NCBI RefSeq assembly: GCF_042231735.1
Contig: NZ_CP102577.1
Coordinates: forward strand, 2,975,281-3,039,280
Origin: Corallococcus exercitus
GTDB taxonomy: Bacteria > Myxococcota > Myxococcia > Myxococcales > Myxococcaceae
Direction: 5' to 3'
Length of the DNA stretch: 64,000 nt
Numbering within the stretch: position 1 is the first letter of the stretch; every line of letters begins with the position of its first letter. The notes below the pieces were generated by a model, which saw only the letters and a program-made list of their open reading frames with translations, was not told the DNA's origin and did no database searches. The translations under genes were made by a program, and so were the position numbers. Positions 36,645 through 46,834 of this stretch are shown here, piece by piece.

Positions 36645-38168
36645 ATGACACTCCCAGGCACGCGACATACGGTGGCCGCCGCCATGCGCCGAGCCCTCTC
36701 CTCCGCCAGCGTCGCCCTCTTCCTGTCCGCCTGCACCCACGCGCCCGCCACGCCGGACGGCGCCTCGCGCGACACCCTGCCCGGGGTGACGAACGCCCTG
36801 CTGGAGACCCTGGAGGCGGACGGCGCGCTCACGGGCGCGTATGTAGTGGACGCACGCACCGGGGAGCCCCTCTTCACCCACCGGGAGAACGTGCGGCTGC
36901 TGCCCGCGTCCACGATGAAGGTGGTGTCCACCTCCGCCGCGCTGTCCGCGCTGGGGGCGGACTTCCGCTTCGTGACCCCGGTGTCCCTGGAGGGCTCGCA
37001 GACGGGGGGCCTGTTCCTGGGCGACGTGGTGGCGCAGGCGTCCGGGGACCCGTCGCTGGGCTCGTGGCGCTTCCCGGAGACGGCGCTCGCGTGTGACCGC
37101 ATCGCGGAGGCCTTCCAGGCGCGCGGCATCCACCAGTGGCGCGGCAACGTGCGCATCGCCGGCACGGAGGGCGTGGATGGCGGCATGGGCCCCGGCTGGG
37201 CCTGGGACGACGCGGCGTATGCCTACAGCGCGGCGCCCACGCCCTTCGTCTTCCGGGAGAACGTGGTGGACCTGGCGCTCGCCCGCGCTCCCGGCACCAC
37301 CTGCTCGGACGCGCCCTCCGTCCAGTGGACCCCCACCTTCGCCACGCTGTCCGCGGTGGTGAACGTGGACGTCAACGCGGAGCGCGCGAACCTGGCCTGC
37401 GTGCGTGGCGGTGGCGGGGTGCGCTGCACCTGGCGCTCGCCGTCCGGTGGGCCGTGCCCCCAGTCCGCCGCGGTGAAGCTGTCCGTGGACGCGCCGGAGG
37501 CCCTCTTCGCCGCGTGCGTGGACGACGCGCTGGCGCGGCACGGGGTGACGCGGCTGCCGCTCTCGCTGGAGGCGCCCACCTCCCCCATGCCGCCGGTGCC
37601 GGTGCCGCTGGTGGAGCTGACCAGCCCGCCCCTGTCGGAGCTGGTGCGCGTGACGAACAAGGAGAGCCTCAACCTGTACGCGGAGCGGCTGGGCATGCGC
37701 TTCGCGCGCGAGCGCACCGGCAACGAGGGCTACGCCTCGCTGCGCACGGCCCTGGTCGCGGAGCTGACGCGCCGGGGCGTGCCCACCAAGGACCTGCGCC
37801 CGGTCGATGGCAGCGGCCTGTCCCGCTACAACCTGGCGTCGCCCCGGGGCATGGCGCGGGTGCTGCTCACCAGCCTCCAGGAGCCCTACGGCGCCGCGCT
37901 GGTGGACAGCCTGCCGGTGCTGGGCGTGGACGGGACGCTGGCGGGCCGCAAGACGAAGCCGTCCATCGCGGGCCGCATCCGCGCGAAGACAGGCACGCTC
38001 ACGGGCCAGAAGTGCTTCGTGGGCGTGGCGGAGCGGCCGAATGACCCGGAGCACCCGCGCGTCGTGTTCGCGCTGATGCTCGGCAACATGGACGAGGGCA
38101 CGAAGCCCAACGCCAACGAGACCTTCGACACCTTCTCCACCGCCCTGGTGGAGCTGCCCCTGCGATGA
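36645..38168 (+). CDS. dacB: D-alanyl-D-alanine carboxypeptidase/endopeptidase (PBP4, S13 family)
   Basis: STMK (SxxK), SGL and KTGT motifs, and domain order typical of PBP4. Signal/lipobox-like LFLSAC. Confidence 0.85.
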   Translation: MTLPGTRHTVAAAMRRALSSASVALFLSACTHAPATPDGASRDTLPGVTNALLETLEADGALTGAYVVDARTGEPLFTHRENVRLLPASTMKVVSTSAALSALGADFRFVTPVSLEGSQTGGLFLGDVVAQASGDPSLGSWRFPETALACDRIAEAFQARGIHQWRGNVRIAGTEGVDGGMGPGWAWDDAAYAYSAAPTPFVFRENVVDLALARAPGTTCSDAPSVQWTPTFATLSAVVNVDVNAERANLACVRGGGGVRCTWRSPSGGPCPQSAAVKLSVDAPEALFAACVDDALARHGVTRLPLSLEAPTSPMPPVPVPLVELTSPPLSELVRVTNKESLNLYAERLGMRFARERTGNEGYASLRTALVAELTRRGVPTKDLRPVDGSGLSRYNLASPRGMARVLLTSLQEPYGAALVDSLPVLGVDGTLAGRKTKPSIAGRIRAKTGTLTGQKCFVGVAERPNDPEHPRVVFALMLGNMDEGTKPNANETFDTFSTALVELPLR

Positions 38169-38206
38169 GCGTCCCGCAGGGGTTCCACCCGCATGCGAGG
38201 TGAACC

Positions 38207-40387
38207 ATGAAGTCCAGAATCGCAGTGACGACCGCCGCGCTGCTCGTGCCGCTGGTGGCGGGAGCCGCCGGCAAGGCGCCCGCGAAGCCGGCCGCCGCGC
38301 AGAAGCAGCCCGTGGAGACCACCTACCACGGCACCACCGTGGCGGATCCGTACCAGTGGATGGAGTCCGCCACCGACCCCAAGGTGCAGCAGTGGACGGA
38401 CTCGCAGAACGCGTACACGCGCGCGTACCTGGACAAGCTCCCGGGCCGCGAGCCGCTGCGCCAGCGCATCTCGGAGCTCCTGTCCTGGAAGTCGCCCTCC
38501 TACGGCGGCCTGGATGAGCGGGGCGGCACGCTCCTGGGGCTGAAGTTCCAGCCGCCCAAGCAGCAGCCCACGCTCATCGTGGTGGGCTCGCTGGACGACA
38601 CGTCGAAGGAGCGCGTGCTGGTGGACCCCACGCAGGTGGACACCTCCGGCAAGACGACCATCGACTGGTTCCAGCTGTCGCACGACGGCAAGAAGGTCGC
38701 CGTCTCCATGTCCAAGGGCGGCACGGAGAGCGGCGACGTGTCCGTGTGGGACGTGGCCACGGCGAAGGCGATGCCCAACGAGCTGGTGCCCCGCGTCAAC
38801 GGCGGCACGGCGGGCGGCAGCCTCGCGTGGAACGCGAAGGGCACGGGCTTCTTCTACACGCGCTACCCGCGCGGCGAGGAGCGCCCGCCCGTGGACCGCG
38901 AGGTGTACCAGCAGGTGTACTTCCACGCGCTGGGCACGCCCACGGAGAAGGACACGTACGCGCTGGGCAAGGACTTCCCGCGCATCGCGATGACGGACCT
39001 GGAGTCCAGCGACGACGGCCAGTACACCTTCGCGCGCGTGGCCAACGGCGACGGCGGCGAGTTCGACCTGTACCTGCACGGCCCCAAGGGCACGTGGACG
39101 CAGGTGGCGAAGTACGCGGACAAGGTGGTGGCGGCGCGCTTCGGCAGCGACGGCGCGGCGTACCTGCTCAGCCGCAAGGACGCGCCGAAGGGCAAGGTGC
39201 TGCGCCTGCCGCTGGCCACGCCCACGCTGGACAAGGCCACCGTGGTCGTCCCCGAGGGTGAGGCGACGGTGCAGGCCGCGGTGCCGACGAAGAGCCGCCT
39301 GTACCTGCTGGAGCAGCTGGGCGGCCCGTCGCAGTTGCGCATGGTGGACCTGACGGGCAAGGCGCTGGGGCTGGTGCCCACGCTGCCGGTGTCGTCGGTG
39401 GGCGGCCTGGTGCGCCAGGGCGCGGACGACCTGCTCTTCGTCAACGGCAGCTTCACCCAGCCGCACTCCTGGTTCCGCTTCACGGCGGCGGACGGCAAGG
39501 TGACCAAGACGGCGCTGGCGCGCACGGCGCCCATCGACATGAGCGACGTGGAGGTGGTGCGCACGGAGGCCACGTCGAAGGACGGCACCAAGGTGCCGCT
39601 CACCATCCTGAAGAAGAAGGGCACGAAGCTGAACGGGAACAACCCCACGTGGCTCACCGGCTACGGCGGCTTCAACGTCTCCATCAACCCGGGCTACAGC
39701 GCGCTGACGGGCATGTGGCTGGAGCAGGGCGGCGTGTTCGCGGTGGCGAACCTGCGCGGCGGCTCGGAGTTCGGCGAGGAGTGGCACAAGGGCGGCTCGC
39801 TCACGAAGAAGCAGAACGTGTTCGACGACTTCTACGCGTGCGCGAAGCTGCTCACGGACCAGAAGTACACGCAGCCGAAGAAGCTGGCCATCCAGGGTGG
39901 CAGCAACGGCGGCCTGCTGATGGGCGCGGCCGTGACGCAGCACCCGGAGCAGTACGGCGCGGTGGTGGCGCGCGTGGGCATCTACGACATGCTGCGCACG
40001 GAGCTGACGCCCAACGGCCAGTTCAACGTGACGGAGTACGGCTCGGTGAAGGACCCGGAGCAGTTCAAGGCGCTGTATGCCTATTCGCCGGTGCACCAGG
40101 TGAAGGACGGGACGAAGTACCCGCCGGTGCTCTTCACGTCCGGGGCCAATGACCCGCGCGTGGATCCGTTCCACTCGCGCAAGATGGTGGCCCGGATGCA
40201 GTCGGCGACGGCGGCCCCCAAGCCCATCCTGCTGCGCGCCAACGCGGAGACGGGCCACGGCATGGGCACGCCGCTGTCCGCGCGCATCGAGGAGGAGGTG
40301 GACGTCTACTCCTTCGTCTTCAACGAGCTGGGCATGACGTACAAGCCCAACGCGACGAAGAAGGTCTCCGCGCCCGCGCCGAAGTAG
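38207..40387 (+). CDS. Prolyl oligopeptidase family (S9A) serine peptidase, secreted
   Basis: An N-terminal beta-propeller region, then a catalytic domain with GGSNGGLL (GxSxGG nucleophile elbow) and the D...H triad region (GANDPRVDP...TGHG). Confidence 0.9.
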   Translation: MKSRIAVTTAALLVPLVAGAAGKAPAKPAAAQKQPVETTYHGTTVADPYQWMESATDPKVQQWTDSQNAYTRAYLDKLPGREPLRQRISELLSWKSPSYGGLDERGGTLLGLKFQPPKQQPTLIVVGSLDDTSKERVLVDPTQVDTSGKTTIDWFQLSHDGKKVAVSMSKGGTESGDVSVWDVATAKAMPNELVPRVNGGTAGGSLAWNAKGTGFFYTRYPRGEERPPVDREVYQQVYFHALGTPTEKDTYALGKDFPRIAMTDLESSDDGQYTFARVANGDGGEFDLYLHGPKGTWTQVAKYADKVVAARFGSDGAAYLLSRKDAPKGKVLRLPLATPTLDKATVVVPEGEATVQAAVPTKSRLYLLEQLGGPSQLRMVDLTGKALGLVPTLPVSSVGGLVRQGADDLLFVNGSFTQPHSWFRFTAADGKVTKTALARTAPIDMSDVEVVRTEATSKDGTKVPLTILKKKGTKLNGNNPTWLTGYGGFNVSINPGYSALTGMWLEQGGVFAVANLRGGSEFGEEWHKGGSLTKKQNVFDDFYACAKLLTDQKYTQPKKLAIQGGSNGGLLMGAAVTQHPEQYGAVVARVGIYDMLRTELTPNGQFNVTEYGSVKDPEQFKALYAYSPVHQVKDGTKYPPVLFTSGANDPRVDPFHSRKMVARMQSATAAPKPILLRANAETGHGMGTPLSARIEEEVDVYSFVFNELGMTYKPNATKKVSAPAPK

Positions 40388-40476
40388 TCCTGCTTCTCTT
40401 CACGCCCGTCTCTGGAGCCGCGAGGCCCTGGAGACGGGCGTTTCTTCTTCCAGGTTTCGTGGCAGCCTGCCGCCCC

Positions 40477-40899
40477 ATGAGCCCGCTCATCCCCTACTTC
40501 ATCCTCTCGCCCATCCTCGCGGGCGGCCTGGCCTGGTGGACGCTGACGCGTCTTGGCAAGAAGCGGAACGCCCGCGCGAAGGGTTCGCTGGACGCGGTGG
40601 TGGAGAAGCTGCGCGGCCAGAAGGTGCTGGGCGCGGTGGACCTCTTCGTCCAGGACGTGTCCTGGTCCGGCGACACGGAGCTGTCCCCGCAGAACTGCCG
40701 CGTCCGCGTGGTGATGGGCGGCCAGGACGCCGGCACCATCCCCCCGCGCTTCGAGGTGGAGAGCGCACCGGGAGCGCCCCGCCCGCCCGCGGAGGTGCTC
40801 GCCGCGCTGCGCGCGCTGGATGCGCAGGCGACGGAGGCCCTGAAGTCCGGCGGCTGGAGCTGGCAGCGGCCCACGGTGGCCTTCGAGCCGGCGTCGTAG
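40477..40899 (+). CDS. Hypothetical membrane-anchored protein
   Basis: N-terminal TM helix (LIPYFILSPILAGGLAWWTL). The ORF opens at 40459. Confidence 0.5.
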   Translation: MSPLIPYFILSPILAGGLAWWTLTRLGKKRNARAKGSLDAVVEKLRGQKVLGAVDLFVQDVSWSGDTELSPQNCRVRVVMGGQDAGTIPPRFEVESAPGAPRPPAEVLAALRALDAQATEALKSGGWSWQRPTVAFEPAS

Positions 40900-41037
40900 T
40901 CAGACGGATGCAATGACGGCGGAAACTCCTCGCGCCGCTGCATCCATCCGTTTGTCATTGTTTTTTTGGGCGCCATGACAAGGATTGGCGCCAGCGCCTA
41001 CACTCCGGGTGATTCAATAGACGGACGCGGAGGAAAC

Positions 41038-41316
41038 ATGGCGCTGGGAAGCAAGCGGTTCGGAGTGCTCTTCGCTGGAGGGGTCGGGCTCATGCTGGGC
41101 GCGTGCGGGGGGCCCCCGGTGGAAGAGACGGAGGGCGTTGGCACCGCGTCGCAGGAGCTGGTCGTCGTCCGCGGGAACGAGGTCAGCACCGTCTACTACA
41201 GCGACAACACCTATACGGTGCAGGTCGGCTGGACCCTGACCCGCTGCGACTCCAGCTCCGTCTTCCAGGGGCAGCTCAGCGGGTATTACAAGCAGGCCGT
41301 CTACCCCTGCTACTGA
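41038..41316 (+). CDS. Small hypothetical lipoprotein
   Basis: RBS GGAGGAAAC before the ATG. Lipobox LMLGACGG. Confidence 0.55.
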   Translation: MALGSKRFGVLFAGGVGLMLGACGGPPVEETEGVGTASQELVVVRGNEVSTVYYSDNTYTVQVGWTLTRCDSSSVFQGQLSGYYKQAVYPCY

Positions 41317-41405
41317 GCCGCACCGGGCGGAGCTTGTCGCGAAGCAGGCAGCAGGCTCCGCGTGGCGGTGGATTCGGGTGACGGGTCGAGGAGCGCGGTG
41401 CGAGC

Positions 41406-42500
41406 ATGCGCCGCATGTCCTCGACCTTCCTCGATACGCTCGACACGCCCGCCGCCATCGTGGACCTGGACCGCGTCGAGCGGAACCTCCAGCGCGTCGC
41501 GACCTACGCCCGCGAGCACGGCCTGCGCTGGCGTCCCCACACGAAGACGCACAAGACGGCGGAGCTGGGCGCGATGCAGGTCGCGGCGGGAGCCGCTGGC
41601 GTCACGGTGGCCACCGTCCTGGAAGCCGAGGTCATGGCGTCGGTGTCCGACGACGTGCTGCTCGCATACCCGCCGGTGGGGGCGCGCAAGCTGGCGCGGC
41701 TGATGGCCCTGCCCTCGCGCGTGCGGCTCACCGTGGCGCTCGACTCCCATGACGTGCTGGAGGGCCTGGCGCGCGCGGCCCGGGACGCGGGGCGCACCGT
41801 GGGCGTGCTCGTGGAGGTGGACCTGGGCATGCGCCGCGTGGGGCTGCGCACGCCGGAGGAGACCGTGGCCCTGGCACGCGCGGCGGCATCCACGCCCGGC
41901 GTGGCGTTTCGCGGGGTGACGTTCTACGCGGGCCACATCCGCATTCCCCAGGCGGAGCTGCCCTCCGCGATGGGAGCCCAGTCGGAAGCCCTGGCGACGT
42001 TCGTGGGCGCCTTGAGCCACGCGGGCTTGCCGCCGGAAGTGGTCAGCGGCGGCTCCACGCCGACGCTCTGGCAATCCCATACCGTGAAGGGCCTTACGGA
42101 GATCCGCCCGGGGCTCAACGCGCTGAACGACCGCAACGCGGCGGTCATCGGCGCCTGTGATTGGACGGAGTGCGCCTATTCAGTGCTGGCCACCGTGGTG
42201 AGCACGGCCGTGCCCGGCCAGGTGGTCATCGACGCGGGGGGCAAGGCGCTGGTGAAGGAGGAAGGGCTGGCGCCGGGCTATGGCGTCCTGCTGGACCGGC
42301 CGGAGGTCGTGGTGAAGAACCTGTCGGAGGAGCACGGCCTGCTGGACGTGTCCGGCACGACGTGGCGCCCACGCATTGGCGAGCGCGTGCGGGTGGTGCC
42401 CAACCATGTCTGTGTTTCCGTGCCCCAGCATCCCCGGCTGTACGTCGTGCGCGGCGACACGCACGTGGCGACGTGGGAGGTCGCGGCGCGCGGCTGGTGA
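41406..42500 (+). CDS. Alanine-racemase-fold PLP enzyme of the D-threonine aldolase / D-serine dehydratase-like (DSD1) family
   Basis: N-terminal IVDLDRVERNLQRVATYAR...RPHTKTHKT (PLP-lysine region) and the overall layout of the D-TA family. Confidence 0.75.
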   Translation: MRRMSSTFLDTLDTPAAIVDLDRVERNLQRVATYAREHGLRWRPHTKTHKTAELGAMQVAAGAAGVTVATVLEAEVMASVSDDVLLAYPPVGARKLARLMALPSRVRLTVALDSHDVLEGLARAARDAGRTVGVLVEVDLGMRRVGLRTPEETVALARAAASTPGVAFRGVTFYAGHIRIPQAELPSAMGAQSEALATFVGALSHAGLPPEVVSGGSTPTLWQSHTVKGLTEIRPGLNALNDRNAAVIGACDWTECAYSVLATVVSTAVPGQVVIDAGGKALVKEEGLAPGYGVLLDRPEVVVKNLSEEHGLLDVSGTTWRPRIGERVRVVPNHVCVSVPQHPRLYVVRGDTHVATWEVAARGW

Positions 42501-42510
42501 GCCCCCGGCC

Positions 42511-43506
42511 TCAGGCGATGCGCTTCAGCTCCTGCGTCAGCATCTCCTCCAGGTGCCGGATGTTCCGGTAGACGAGGCACCGGTAGCTGGAGACATCGAA
42601 GCGCAGCTCCTTCACGTCGCGCACCAGCATCAGCGTGGGCTTGCCGCGTCCCCAGGCATAGCCCACCTCCAGGTAGACATTGGGGTTCGCCAGGGACAGG
42701 TCCGCGATGACGACCTTCGCGGTGTCGATGCGGTCCCGGATGCGCTGGATGATGGGGCCGTCGAAGACGGCCTGGTCCACGCGCTCGCACAGGAGCCCGG
42801 CCGACTTCACCGGGTTCAGGATGCCGTAGTGGTAGGTGTCCTCCAGCTCCGGCGCGAAGGGCATCGCCACGAAGGCATGGGGCTTCTCGTTGGAGTTCGC
42901 GCCCGCGGAGGCCATGGGCGGCGCCTGGACGAAGCGGGACGTCCGCCGCACGCGGAAGCCCGTGGCCCCCATCAGCGGCTCCACGCCCGGCGTGAGCCCC
43001 AGCCCCAGCGCGATGGCCTTGCGCAGCCGCTCCACGCGCTTGGGGTTCAGCTCCACCACCGTGATGCGCTCCAGGTCGCGCGGGCCACTGCCGCGCTGGA
43101 ACGCGTCCACGAAGCCGCCCACCAGGGCCAGCACGGCTTCGTCCTCATCCAGCCCGTAGTTGGGGCCGTGCACGGTGCACGCGAGGTGACGCACCTCGTG
43201 CCGGGGCTCCAGGAGCTGGAGCGCGCGCACGGAGAACTGGCGGATCTCGTGGTAGCCGAACTGGCGCAGCCGCACCGTGCCCAGGAAGAGCACCAGCGGA
43301 GCCCCCAGGCTCCGGCGCGTGTCGATGAAGCGGTGGTCCCCGGGCAGCAGGTCGAAGGCGTCCATGGCCACGCCCGCCGCCTCCAGCCGGCGCGACACCG
43401 CGCCGTCCGCCCCGTGGAAGCCCTGCGCGTACTTCAGCAGCACGGCATCCGCGGCCGTCTCCCCCACGTCTCCCAGGTCCACCACGACGTCCAGCGTGTC
43501 TCCCAT
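42511..43506 (-). CDS. Two-domain protein: N-terminal macro-like region fused to a nucleoside-2-deoxyribosyltransferase-like (NDT/TIR-like) C-terminal domain
   Basis: C-terminal FVAMPF...AKVVIADLSLANPNVYLEVGYAWGRGKPTLML matches the NDT-like P-loop-less Rossmann signature. The N-terminus (VVVDLGDVGETAADAVLLKYAQGFHGADGAVSRRLEAAG) loosely resembles a macro-domain ADP-ribose pocket. The N-terminal assignment is tentative. Confidence 0.55.
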   Translation of the reverse strand: MGDTLDVVVDLGDVGETAADAVLLKYAQGFHGADGAVSRRLEAAGVAMDAFDLLPGDHRFIDTRRSLGAPLVLFLGTVRLRQFGYHEIRQFSVRALQLLEPRHEVRHLACTVHGPNYGLDEDEAVLALVGGFVDAFQRGSGPRDLERITVVELNPKRVERLRKAIALGLGLTPGVEPLMGATGFRVRRTSRFVQAPPMASAGANSNEKPHAFVAMPFAPELEDTYHYGILNPVKSAGLLCERVDQAVFDGPIIQRIRDRIDTAKVVIADLSLANPNVYLEVGYAWGRGKPTLMLVRDVKELRFDVSSYRCLVYRNIRHLEEMLTQELKRIA

Positions 43507-43710
43507 GGGCCTGGGACTGTAGGGCGTCCCGGTCCGCCCACGCCATCCCCCGCGCCCGTCGCCGTGCGTCAGGAGGGCGAAACACAGACGTTGCGCAAGC
43601 AGGTCAATCCCTGTTCAATGGCTCCTCGCGCCTGCCTGGCTGTCTTTCAGGCCACCACCGTGCCGCCTGTGAACCGCTTCACAGTTTCCGCCCGGGCACC
43701 CCGGTAGCAT

Positions 43711-44613
43711 TTGCGCACCATGTCCCTGTTCGCGCGCCTGCAGGCCCTGCTGTCCGCCCACCCGTCCGCCCCGGTCTCCTCCGGCGGGCAGACGTCCGCG
43801 ACCTCCGCCATGGCCCCGGCGGCAGGCGCCCCGGCGGACGCGGAAGGGGCTCCCGCGCCGCCGCCCGTCTGCACGCGCTACCTGCCCGCGGGCCAGGTGG
43901 TGGTGCGCGAGGGCGACCCGGGCCACTCGATGTTCGTCGTGCTGGAGGGCCGCGTCGCGGTGCTGCGCGGCGGGGACAGCGGCGCCAACACGGAGGTCGG
44001 CCGCCTGGGCGCTGGCGAGTTCTTCGGCGAGCTGGCGCTGCTCACCGGCACGCAGCGCACCGCCACCATCGTGACGGTGGAGGACGCCGTGCTGCTGGAG
44101 CTCACCCAGGCCGGCGTCCGGGAGCTGGGCAAGGACTACGGCGTCAAGGGCGAGCAGATGCAGGTCACCGCCCGGGAGCGCCTGCTCGCGGACGCGCTGC
44201 GCAGCAACCCGCTCATCGCCGCCCTGCCCCCGGAGGTGCAGCACGAGCTGGGTGACGCCTTCGTCCCCTGCACCGTCCCCGCCGGAGAGACGCTGCTCAC
44301 CAGGGGCCAGCCGGGCGACGCGCTCTACGTCCTCATCCGGGGCCAGTGCGAGGTCTTCCACACGCACGGCGACGGCCGCCAGTCCGCCTACCCCACGCTG
44401 GAGGAAGGCGCCCTGTTCGGGGAGATCTCCCTCCTGCGCAGCCGGCTGGCCACCGCCACCGTGCGCACCGTGACTCCCTGCACGCTCCTCAAGCTGGAGC
44501 GCGACGTGTTCAAGAAGGCCTTCCTGGGCCAGCCCGACCTGCGCGGCGCCCTGGTGCGCCTGGGCCTGGAGCGGCTCAAGCACACGATGGAAGTCATGGG
44601 AGAGCCGAAGTAG
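43711..44613 (+). CDS. Protein with two cyclic-nucleotide-binding (cNMP/CAP-effector) domains
   Basis: Two copies of the GE.FGE(L/I)(A/S)LL...R(T/S)AT(V/I) phosphate-binding cassette. Confidence 0.8.
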   Translation: MRTMSLFARLQALLSAHPSAPVSSGGQTSATSAMAPAAGAPADAEGAPAPPPVCTRYLPAGQVVVREGDPGHSMFVVLEGRVAVLRGGDSGANTEVGRLGAGEFFGELALLTGTQRTATIVTVEDAVLLELTQAGVRELGKDYGVKGEQMQVTARERLLADALRSNPLIAALPPEVQHELGDAFVPCTVPAGETLLTRGQPGDALYVLIRGQCEVFHTHGDGRQSAYPTLEEGALFGEISLLRSRLATATVRTVTPCTLLKLERDVFKKAFLGQPDLRGALVRLGLERLKHTMEVMGEPK

Positions 44614-44786
44614 TCCGCCGTCCCGCGCCATCCCCGCTACTTCCCCCCGAGAGCGTCTGGCTTCACCCGGAGGGAAGTGCCTCATCCCAGACATGCAATC
44701 GCCCGGCGATTGGAGTTGTCTGTCCAACACCTCACGACTGGTATTGGGAATGCAATTACGCCACCCCGGAGCAACCGGGAGGCGTC

Positions 44787-46784
44787 ATGCAAGGCAGGGC
44801 TGTGCGTTGGGGCGTGAGGAGTCTGGGGTGGCTGTCCGCGTTGGTGCTGTGCACGCATTGCGGTGGGGTGGCTGAACAGGACGGGCCCGGGGAGCCCCGT
44901 CCACCTGGAACGGCGAGCGTCGAGTCGCAGGCCTCCAGTTGTCCTTCGGAGACCGTCTACGACACCGTTCGCGCCCAGGACCGGGGCGACGCATACGTGG
45001 ACGCAGCGCAGCCGACGGTCAACTTCGGAGGGGCCGACCTGCTGCTGGCCGATGGCTCGCCGCGGTTGGAGTCCTACCTGAAGTTCGAGGTGACGCACGA
45101 CGATCCCAACATCCCCATCGTCGGAGCACAGCTGCGCCTGTACGCGGTGGATGGCAGCACGGATGGCCCCGCGCTCTACAGCACGGACACCGGGTGGACC
45201 GAGGGAACGCTCACCTGGAACACGCGGCCCGCGCTGCTGGGCGCGCCCCTGGGGGACCTGGGCGCCGTGGAGAGCCACAGCGTGGTGGAATACGACGTGA
45301 GCACGGTCGTCCGCTCGGCGGGCGACTACAGCTTCGCGCTCATCCCCACGGGCGGGAACGGCGTCGACTTCGAGTCCTCCGAGTCCTCCTACTACATGGG
45401 AGGGGCCTCCCTGACGCTGACCCGGGCGCTCACGTTCTGCGCCCGCCAGGGCACGGGGGGAGCCCTCCAGGCGGTGCGGCAGTACGGCGGTCCGGGCGAG
45501 GAGCGCCCCTGGAACGTGGCCGCCACGCCCGATGGGGGATGGGTGGTCGCGGCGCGCTATTACAACTCCGGTGACTTCGGCGGCGGGCCCCTGGAGCCGT
45601 TCGGGTACATGGTCCTCGCGAAGTACGCCGCGGATGGCACCCACCAGTGGTCGCGCTCCTACGCGCCCTACCCGGGCTCGATCTCCGAGATCATCGTGGG
45701 CGGGCTCACGGTGACGCCGCTCGGGAACGTCATGGTCGTGGGCTCCTACACAGGCAGCCCGGACCTCGGCACGGGAGCCCTGCCGAGCACCTGGGGTTAC
45801 ACGCCGGGCCTCTTCATCGCCAAGTTCTCGCCGAACGGCACGCCGGTCTGGTCCAAGGGCTTCCTCGCGGGGACTCCGCAGGTGGGCTCCAACGAGAAGG
45901 CCCCCATCCGGGGACTCGCCGTCGCCACGGACGCCGCGGGCAGCCTCGTCGTCACGGGCGCCTTCTCCGGCCAGGTGAACCTGGGCGGCGGTGTGCTGGA
46001 TGCCGGCGCGAGCGCTTCCGGGGTGAGCGCGCTCTTCGTGGCGCGCTTCTCCTGGGAGGGCAACCACCTCTGGTCTCGCGTCCATGCGGCCGGGAGCACG
46101 GGGTCGGAAGGACAGGCAGTCGCCACGGACAGCACGGGCGCGGTGCTGCTCGCGGGCGTCGCGAGCCCGCACTCCACCAACACCGTGCTCGGCGTGCAGG
46201 GCCCCCGGACGCCCTTCGTGGCGAAGTACTCGGCCACCGGAACGCCCCTGTGGTCCCGCGCGCTCAACGGCAGCCTGGGCTCGATGCGGGGCGTCGTGTC
46301 GCGGCCGGGTGATGCCGTGGCCTTCGCCGCTGACTTCCGCGGCACGTTCTCGTTCGCGGGGCACTCGTACAGCGAGGACACGAGCGGTCTGTCGGAGATG
46401 ATCCTCGGGGCGCTCTCCGCGTCGGGCTCGGACCAGTGGGGACGGCAGCTGGGCGGGGCCGACAGCGACAGGCCCTACTCGCTCGCGGTGGACTCGCAGG
46501 GACGCCTGACGATGCAGGGCTACCTGGGCTCGCAGGCGGACCTGGGCGGCGGGCTCATCGGGCATCCAAGTTATCCGACGAACTTCCTGGTGCGGTACGC
46601 CGGGGATGGCACGCACCTGTGGTCGCGCGGCCTGGACCTGCGCCTCAGCGCGGAGACCGCCGTCAACAACGCGGGGGAGACGCTGCTCGTCGACCTCCTT
46701 GATCGGACCGTCCAGGTGGACGGAACGGTCTACTCGCCAGTCGAGGGGAGCAGTGACCTGCTGCTGCTGAAGTTCGCGCCGTAG
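44787..46784 (+). CDS. SBBP beta-propeller-repeat protein with an N-terminal DNRLRE-like domain, probable lipoprotein
   Basis: RBS GGGAGG before the ATG, then a signal peptide with Cys (LSALVLCTHCGG). The N-domain reads YVDAAQPTVNFGGADLLLADG...GWTEGTLTWNTRP. At least 6 SBBP repeats of the form (H/P)(Q/L)WS(R/K)...G...A.A.D..G...(V/L)AG. Confidence 0.75.
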   Translation: MQGRAVRWGVRSLGWLSALVLCTHCGGVAEQDGPGEPRPPGTASVESQASSCPSETVYDTVRAQDRGDAYVDAAQPTVNFGGADLLLADGSPRLESYLKFEVTHDDPNIPIVGAQLRLYAVDGSTDGPALYSTDTGWTEGTLTWNTRPALLGAPLGDLGAVESHSVVEYDVSTVVRSAGDYSFALIPTGGNGVDFESSESSYYMGGASLTLTRALTFCARQGTGGALQAVRQYGGPGEERPWNVAATPDGGWVVAARYYNSGDFGGGPLEPFGYMVLAKYAADGTHQWSRSYAPYPGSISEIIVGGLTVTPLGNVMVVGSYTGSPDLGTGALPSTWGYTPGLFIAKFSPNGTPVWSKGFLAGTPQVGSNEKAPIRGLAVATDAAGSLVVTGAFSGQVNLGGGVLDAGASASGVSALFVARFSWEGNHLWSRVHAAGSTGSEGQAVATDSTGAVLLAGVASPHSTNTVLGVQGPRTPFVAKYSATGTPLWSRALNGSLGSMRGVVSRPGDAVAFAADFRGTFSFAGHSYSEDTSGLSEMILGALSASGSDQWGRQLGGADSDRPYSLAVDSQGRLTMQGYLGSQADLGGGLIGHPSYPTNFLVRYAGDGTHLWSRGLDLRLSAETAVNNAGETLLVDLLDRTVQVDGTVYSPVEGSSDLLLLKFAP

Positions 46785-46834
46785 GCACCGCTTCACGCAG
46801 GAGGCCCGCGGCCGTGAGCGCGGGCCTCCGGCCT

